Shown here: in pieces, positions 59,316-64,000 of the stretch
Position numbering within the stretch: position 1 is the first letter of the stretch
How the letters are laid out: each line of letters starts with the position of its first letter
Source: Pseudomonadales bacterium
GTDB taxonomy: Bacteria; Pseudomonadota; Gammaproteobacteria; Pseudomonadales; GM7GCV1
Direction: 5' to 3'
Assembly (NCBI GenBank): GCA_965204215.1
Contig: CBDBDZ010000013.1
Span: 636,394 to 700,393 of the forward strand
DNA: 64,000 nt
Made by a program: the position numbers and the translations under genes
The notes under the pieces: model-generated
Databases searched by the model: none
What the model was told of the DNA's origin: nothing
What the model saw: only the letters and a program-made list of their open reading frames with translations

Positions 59316-60752
59316 ATGAAACAATTAACAGCTCAAGACGCACAATTTCTCTACCTGGAATCGACCCGCAATTTGGCACATTTAACAATGGTAACTGTTT
59401 TTGATCCATCAACGGCTGAAAATGGTAAAGTGCGATTTAAACAAATTATTGAGCATGTCGATAGTCGGTTACACACTTCATCCTTATACAAACGTAAGCT
59501 ACAAACTGTTCCACTGGAATTAGATTTTCCCTATTGGGTTGATGATGAGCATTTTGATATCGAATACCATATTCATCACAGTCGTCTGCCCATTCCTAAC
59601 GACTGGCGTCAATTATGTATTTATATTGCCCGTTACCACTCAAGACCTATGGATATGAATCGACCCTTGTGGGAAATGAACATTATAGAAGGTCTGGATA
59701 ATATTGATGGCATTCCCAAAGGTAGCTATGCCATTGCTACCAAAATACATCATGCAGCAGCCGATGGTACTGCTATTTTGAACTTTGCATTGGGATTACT
59801 GGATATTAATCCGCAAGGTATGCCAATAATGGATCTAAGCCAAAATAAACTACCTGACAACATTCAGCCATCTTTATTGCAAATGGTGACACGCGGTTGC
59901 ATCAACAATGTTAAATCACCAGTACAAATTGCTAAAACTTTGTCCAGAGCGGCACCTGATGTTGTCAAAAGTTTATTTCAAAAAAACGATACCTCTTACA
60001 AAGCACCCTCTACCCGATTCAATCAGGCAATTTCGCCCCACCGTGTATTTGATGGTGTCGATTTTGAGTTAAATGACTTTAAATCAATACGCAGCTTATC
60101 TCCCGGTTGTACAGTAAATGACGTTGTACTTAGCGTTTGTGGCGGCGGGCTGAGATATTATTTACAACATCATAAGGAATTGCCCAAGGAATCATTAATG
60201 GCAGTTGTACCAGTAAATTCTCGCGAGAACAAACACAACAATGACATGTTGAAATCTCAAGGTTCTCAGGCAAGTAATAGTATCGATATGTTTACTACAG
60301 CACTTTTTACCCAATTTTCTGACCCTGTTGAGCGTTTAAATGCTATTCACAATAGTACTAGCGATTTAAAAATGCAAACGAAAGGGTTGCCAGTGAAAAT
60401 GATTACAGATATTTCTCGTCAAGCTCCTGCTAGTACTCAGTTTCTTGCTTCAAAGTTATTGTTAAGCAGTAATATGATGAGCAGCCTCATGACCAATGTA
60501 TTTATTTCCAATGTTCCAGGACCACCCATTCCTATTTATATGAACGGCGCAACAATGATTAAACAATTTGGATTAGCCCCCATTACGGACAATATGGGGC
60601 TTTTTATTGCTACACCCAGTTACAATGGAATCATCAGTTTTGGTGTAACTTCTGCACGTAATATTATGCCAGACATTAGTTTTTTTATAGAGTGTCTACA
60701 AAAAAGTTTTGATGAATACAAACAATTAGTCCAGAGAAGTGACCCCCATTAG
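59316..60752 (+). CDS. Wax ester synthase / diacylglycerol acyltransferase (WS/DGAT)
   Basis: Catalytic HHxxxDG motif (KIHHAAADGTA), N-terminus MKQLTAQDAQFLYLES and ISNVPGP near the C-terminus. Confidence 0.9.
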   Translation: MKQLTAQDAQFLYLESTRNLAHLTMVTVFDPSTAENGKVRFKQIIEHVDSRLHTSSLYKRKLQTVPLELDFPYWVDDEHFDIEYHIHHSRLPIPNDWRQLCIYIARYHSRPMDMNRPLWEMNIIEGLDNIDGIPKGSYAIATKIHHAAADGTAILNFALGLLDINPQGMPIMDLSQNKLPDNIQPSLLQMVTRGCINNVKSPVQIAKTLSRAAPDVVKSLFQKNDTSYKAPSTRFNQAISPHRVFDGVDFELNDFKSIRSLSPGCTVNDVVLSVCGGGLRYYLQHHKELPKESLMAVVPVNSRENKHNNDMLKSQGSQASNSIDMFTTALFTQFSDPVERLNAIHNSTSDLKMQTKGLPVKMITDISRQAPASTQFLASKLLLSSNMMSSLMTNVFISNVPGPPIPIYMNGATMIKQFGLAPITDNMGLFIATPSYNGIISFGVTSARNIMPDISFFIECLQKSFDEYKQLVQRSDPH

Positions 60753-60785
60753 TTGGACCAATTTGGTGCAATTTAAAAGTTATTC

Positions 60786-60815
60786 TTCCAAAATTTATTA
60801 ACTTTAATTTTGGAA
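60786..60815. promoter_or_regulatory. 9-bp perfect inverted repeat in the WS/DGAT-aacS intergenic region
   Basis: TTCCAAAAT-N12-ATTTTGGAA. No T-run follows, so it is more likely an operator than a terminator. Confidence 0.25.
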
Positions 60816-60979
60816 TCTATTCTTACGGTTAAACGTTGCAATCATTCTCTTAAGTTTAAAGCGAAGGTAGCACTTGGTACTCTTAAGGGAGAGTAGACCA
60901 TCGCTGATATTTCAAATAGCGTGTTTTTTCGTAAAAAATAAAATGCCTCAATTAACTAGAGGTTCTCATAATAACGAAT

Positions 60980-62995
60980 ATGATTGACAATATGGTCGAT
61001 AAACTTTGGCAACCTGATTCAGAGCGTGTGCAAAATAGTAATGTCTATCGGTTTATGCGATTTGTTGAATCACAATATACGGATACGTCTTTTAGCTCTT
61101 ATAACCAGTTGCATCAATGGTCTATAGACTGCCCTGAGTATTTTTGGAGTTCGGTATGGCGATTCTGTAATATTAAAGCATCGAGGCAATCTGAGCAAAT
61201 ATTAGTTAACCCGGAAAATATGATGGCTTCGGAATGGTTTCCTGATGCCCTATTGAATTTTGCTGAAAATTTACTCAGTAAAGATGATGATTCACTGGCT
61301 ATTGTTGCCTTGTTGGAAAATGGTGCACGCAAGTCTTTAACTTATAAACAACTACGGCAAAAAGTGGCGGGTGTTGCCGATAGTTTAACTAAATCAGGGG
61401 TATCTGAAGGCGATAGAGTGGTAGGTTACATGCCGAATATTGCAGAAACCGTTATTGCCATGTTGGCTACAGCCAGTTTAGGTGCTGTTTGGTCTTCTTG
61501 TTCGCCAGATTTTGGGTTTCAGTCGGTTATGGACAGGTTTAGTCAAATTCAACCTAAGGTGCTATTTAGCGTTGACGGTTATTTTTATAATGGTAAAACA
61601 CATACTTTAACTGAATCCGTTCAGCAATTAGCAGAGACTATAGATAGTATTCAACAAGTTGTTATCATACCTTTGGCAGGTAGTATGGCAGGTAGTATGG
61701 CAGGTAGTATGGCAGGTAGTATGGCAGGTAGTATGGCAGGTAGTAGCGATATTTCGTTAGCATCAAAGTTTATTGAGTTTGATTCGTTTACAAGCGATTG
61801 CAAGACTTTAACTTTTGCACAAGTAGCTTTTAATCATCCGTTATATATTCTTTACTCTTCGGGTACGACAGGTGTGCCAAAGTGTATTGTGCATTCGGTA
61901 GGAGGCACGTTAATTCAGCATTTGAAGGAACACCAATTAGCTTGTGATATTAGTGCTGAAGATGTGGTGTTTTATTTCACGACCTGTGGTTGGATGATGT
62001 GGAATTGGTTAGTGTCAGGTTTAGCCGTTGGCGCTACCATTATACTTTACGATGGAACACCCTTTGCCAACGATGGCGCAGTGCTTTTAGATGCTGTTGA
62101 TAGCGAAAATATTACAGTGTTTGGAACCAGCGCTAAATATATCTCGGCATTGGAAAAAGCTAATTGTGTACCTAAAGATAGTCATAACCTGTCTTCACTA
62201 AAGACTATTTTATCGACAGGCTCGCCACTTTCACATGAAAGTTTTGAATACGTTTATCGTGATATTAAAGCCGATGTTTGCTTGTCTTCCATTTCAGGTG
62301 GGACGGATATTGTCTCCTGTTTCGTAGGAGGCAGTCCAATATTACCTGTATATAGCGGTGAAATACAATGCGCAGGCTTGGGCATGGCAGTAGCGTTTTG
62401 GAGTGAAAGCGGTAATGCGTTACGAGAAGAGAAAGGAGAGTTAGTTTGCACCAAGCCATTTCCTTCCATGCCTGTCGGTTTTTGGAATGATAGTGATAAT
62501 CAAAAATATAAAAAGGCCTATTTTAGTCAATTTGACAATATTTGGTGCCATGGTGATTACGGCGAATACACCACAAATAATGGTGTTATTATCCATGGGC
62601 GTTCCGATGCCATTTTAAACCCTGGTGGTGTTCGTATTGGCACTGCTGAAATTTATCGACAGGTTGAAAAATTATCTGAGATTATGGAATCAGTTGTAGT
62701 AGGGCAGCAGTGGTTGGGTGATGTTCGAATTGTATTGTTTGTGGTATTAAGGGAAGGTCTGATTATAGATAATGACTTAAAGCAGCGTATTGTACAAACC
62801 ATTCGCAGTAATACCAGCCCGCGTCATGTACCTGCTGTGATTATACAGGTCGCTGAAATACCACGCACATTAAGTGGTAAAATAGCAGAACTTGCGGTCA
62901 GGAATGTGATTCATGGCGAGGCGGTAAAAAATGCAGATGCTTTAGCTAATCCTCAATCACTAGATTTATATAAAAATTTGCCTGGGTTAATGTAA
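60980..62995 (+). CDS. aacS: Acetoacetyl-CoA synthetase (AMP-forming)
   Basis: 671 aa with N-terminus LWQPDSERVQNSNVYRF, the AMP-binding motif YILYSSGTTGVPK and the C-terminal motif PRTLSGKI. Confidence 0.85.
   Translation: MIDNMVDKLWQPDSERVQNSNVYRFMRFVESQYTDTSFSSYNQLHQWSIDCPEYFWSSVWRFCNIKASRQSEQILVNPENMMASEWFPDALLNFAENLLSKDDDSLAIVALLENGARKSLTYKQLRQKVAGVADSLTKSGVSEGDRVVGYMPNIAETVIAMLATASLGAVWSSCSPDFGFQSVMDRFSQIQPKVLFSVDGYFYNGKTHTLTESVQQLAETIDSIQQVVIIPLAGSMAGSMAGSMAGSMAGSMAGSSDISLASKFIEFDSFTSDCKTLTFAQVAFNHPLYILYSSGTTGVPKCIVHSVGGTLIQHLKEHQLACDISAEDVVFYFTTCGWMMWNWLVSGLAVGATIILYDGTPFANDGAVLLDAVDSENITVFGTSAKYISALEKANCVPKDSHNLSSLKTILSTGSPLSHESFEYVYRDIKADVCLSSISGGTDIVSCFVGGSPILPVYSGEIQCAGLGMAVAFWSESGNALREEKGELVCTKPFPSMPVGFWNDSDNQKYKKAYFSQFDNIWCHGDYGEYTTNNGVIIHGRSDAILNPGGVRIGTAEIYRQVEKLSEIMESVVVGQQWLGDVRIVLFVVLREGLIIDNDLKQRIVQTIRSNTSPRHVPAVIIQVAEIPRTLSGKIAELAVRNVIHGEAVKNADALANPQSLDLYKNLPGLM
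61675..61745 (+). repeat. In-frame 12-bp tandem repeat, about 5.9 copies, inside aacS
   Basis: GGCAGGTAGTAT is repeated head to tail and encodes AGSMAGSMAGSMAGSMAGSMAGS. Confidence 0.95.
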
Positions 62996-62996
62996 A

Positions 62997-63016
62997 GGCA
63001 GACTTGTGCATCTGCC
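62997..63016. terminator. Hairpin between the convergent aacS and ibpA genes
   Basis: GGCAGA, an 8-nt loop and TCTGCC. The T-runs are weak on both strands. Confidence 0.3.
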
Positions 63017-63038
63017 CTTACATGATTGCTAGCAGTTG

Positions 63039-63506
63039 TTATGCAATAGCTTCGGAATCAACCTGTTTAAGTTGAGGTTGAGACGAACTGGCAGAATTAA
63101 TAGCAATGGTTTTAGGTTTCATTGTCTCTGGCAGTTCTTTAACTAAATTAATTGTTAGTAAACCATCGTTGAGTACAGCGTCAGTCACTTCAACAAATTC
63201 AGCTAAGTTGAATTTACGCTCAAAACTGCGTGTTGCAATACCTTGATGCAAAAAGTGGCGCTTTTCTTCACTACCTTGTTGCTTGCCACTAACAGTTAGC
63301 GTGTGATTTTCAGCTTCAATGTGTAATTCGTCTGGTTTGAACCCGGCAACAGCTATGGTAATGCTGTATTGGTTTTCGTTCAAAACCTCAATATTGTAAG
63401 GAGGGTAACCAGTGGATTCAGTTTTAAAAGCGCTGTCAAGCAAGCTGGCAAAGCGGTCGTAGCCAATACTGTTACGGTAAAGGGGGGTTAAATCAATACG
63501 ATTCAT
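63039..63506 (-). CDS. ibpA: Small heat-shock protein (alpha-crystallin, IbpA type)
   Basis: MNRIDLTPLYRNSIGYDRFASLLD...PPYNIE...AVAGF...GLLTINL, starting at the internal Met at 63506, which has a GAGGA Shine-Dalgarno sequence 7 nt upstream. Confidence 0.9.
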   Translation of the reverse strand: MNRIDLTPLYRNSIGYDRFASLLDSAFKTESTGYPPYNIEVLNENQYSITIAVAGFKPDELHIEAENHTLTVSGKQQGSEEKRHFLHQGIATRSFERKFNLAEFVEVTDAVLNDGLLTINLVKELPETMKPKTIAINSASSSQPQLKQVDSEAIA

Positions 63507-63510
63507 AATA

Positions 63511-63531
63511 TTATCCTCATGTGAGCAATAA
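63511..63531 (-). promoter_or_regulatory. ROSE-like RNA thermometer hairpin sequestering the ibpA Shine-Dalgarno sequence
   Basis: The mRNA reads UUAUUGCUC-ACAU-GAGGAUAA. The conserved UUGCU pairs with the SD sequence if the G is bulged, giving 8 bp. Two further hairpins lie upstream in the 5' UTR. Confidence 0.5.
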
Positions 63532-63636
63532 ATAAAAAGAAGCAAGCAGCTACACAATGTATTTGTTCAAAACAAATCCAATACAGAGGTGCTCGCTTTC
63601 GCTAGTATCGAATCATTAAAGACTTCGATACCAGGT

Positions 63637-63665
63637 AATATAAGTTCACAATAAATTATTTCAAG
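63637..63665 (-). promoter_or_regulatory. Candidate sigma32 heat-shock promoter of ibpA
   Basis: CTTGAAA (an exact -35 consensus), a 14-nt spacer, then CTTATATT (a weak match to CCCCATNT). Confidence 0.4.
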
Positions 63666-63734
63666 TATTTTTTTAACCCGGGCTTGACGCAGTAGTTTCG
63701 AGCGCGGTAATTATGCAAAACTCTCAATCTATAA

Positions 63735-64000
63735 CTATTGGCCCGATCGGTTGGTAATCAAATTATCAACCACTGCGGGGTCAGCAAGTGTTGAGATGTC
63801 GCCAAGATTATCCAGTTCATTTTCGGCAATTTTTCGCAGTATCCGCCGCATAATTTTGCCTGATCGGGTTTTCGGCAGCCCTGGCGCCCATTGAATACAA
63901 TCGGGTTTGGCAATGGCGCCAATTTCACGGGTACACATTGTAAGTAATTCTTGTTTTAATGCATCGCTGCCTTCTTCTCCGCTCATTAAAGTGACATAGG
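63735..64000 (-). CDS. acs: Acetyl-CoA synthetase, C-terminal part only (gene continues beyond the right window edge)
   Basis: Contains [47 protein letters not shown]. The frame stays open upstream to position 64000 (..[10 protein letters not shown]). Confidence 0.9.
   Translation of the reverse strand, partial: YVTLMSGEEGSDALKQELLTMCTREIGAIAKPDCIQWAPGLPKTRSGKIMRRILRKIAENELDNLGDISTLADPAVVDNLITNRSGQ

Noticed and set aside
60753-60979. The 227-bp WS/DGAT-aacS intergenic region as a possible sRNA or riboswitch.
   Set aside because: I found only a 9-bp dyad and a weak hairpin with a T-run. Nothing resembles a known riboswitch core, so I report only the dyad, at low confidence.
61675-61745. Possibility that the short tandem repeat is a CRISPR array or mini-array.
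   Set aside because: The units are 12 bp, directly abutting with no spacers, and in frame within a well-conserved enzyme gene. No cas genes are present in the window.

Overview
This is a 64-kb AT-rich chromosomal window. Gene content and synteny are typical of a Gammaproteobacterium (yrbG-kdsD-kdsC-lptC-lptA-lptB; yceD-rpmF-fabD-fabG; mutM, htpG, rimO, rpmE, priA). I cannot name the genus from sequence alone.

- **1-3.0 kb:** An IS4-family transposase gene is cut by the window edge. A complete IS481-family element lies at 1768-2981. Between them sit two paralogous genes for small secreted proteins.
- **3-27.6 kb:** Mostly housekeeping genes.
- **27591 onward:** The fab cluster stops directly against a remnant of a DUF4143 ATPase gene. 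The rest of the window looks like an accessory mosaic, listed below in order.
  - ilvA.
  - An M-R-M type II restriction-modification system: Dam-like methyltransferase, PD-ExK nuclease, beta-class methyltransferase.
  - A seven-gene plus-strand cluster of amino-acid-modifying enzymes, split by a 243-bp MITE. The enzymes are ACC-deaminase/D-Cys-desulfhydrase family, HisD family, DegT aminotransferase, Asp racemase, PF10118-type hydrolase, P-loop kinase-like ATPase and a MetA paralog.
  - A tightly packed minus-strand operon. It joins egtB-egtD to a one-Cys racemase-like protein, a 1259-aa lipoprotein (Ig/cadherin-like repeats plus DUF1800) and a Tat-exported DUF1501 protein.
  - A decayed patch at 48.4-51.3 kb with a second MITE family, solo IS481-type ends, a degraded gene and a thiolase-like gene.
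  - katG.
  - A neutral-lipid divergon: plsB and a HAD-PlsC fusion facing a DUF3336-patatin lipase and WS/DGAT.
  - An acetoacetyl-CoA synthetase carrying an in-frame 12-bp tandem repeat.
  - ibpA with a sigma32-like promoter and a ROSE-like hairpin.
  - The 3' end of acs.

I saw no rRNA, tRNA or CRISPR array. The best candidates for something undescribed are the egt/DUF1800/DUF1501 operon, the seven-gene amino-acid cluster and the HAD-PlsC/WS-DGAT lipid divergon. All functional calls rest on motifs I recognised by eye; no database search was possible.
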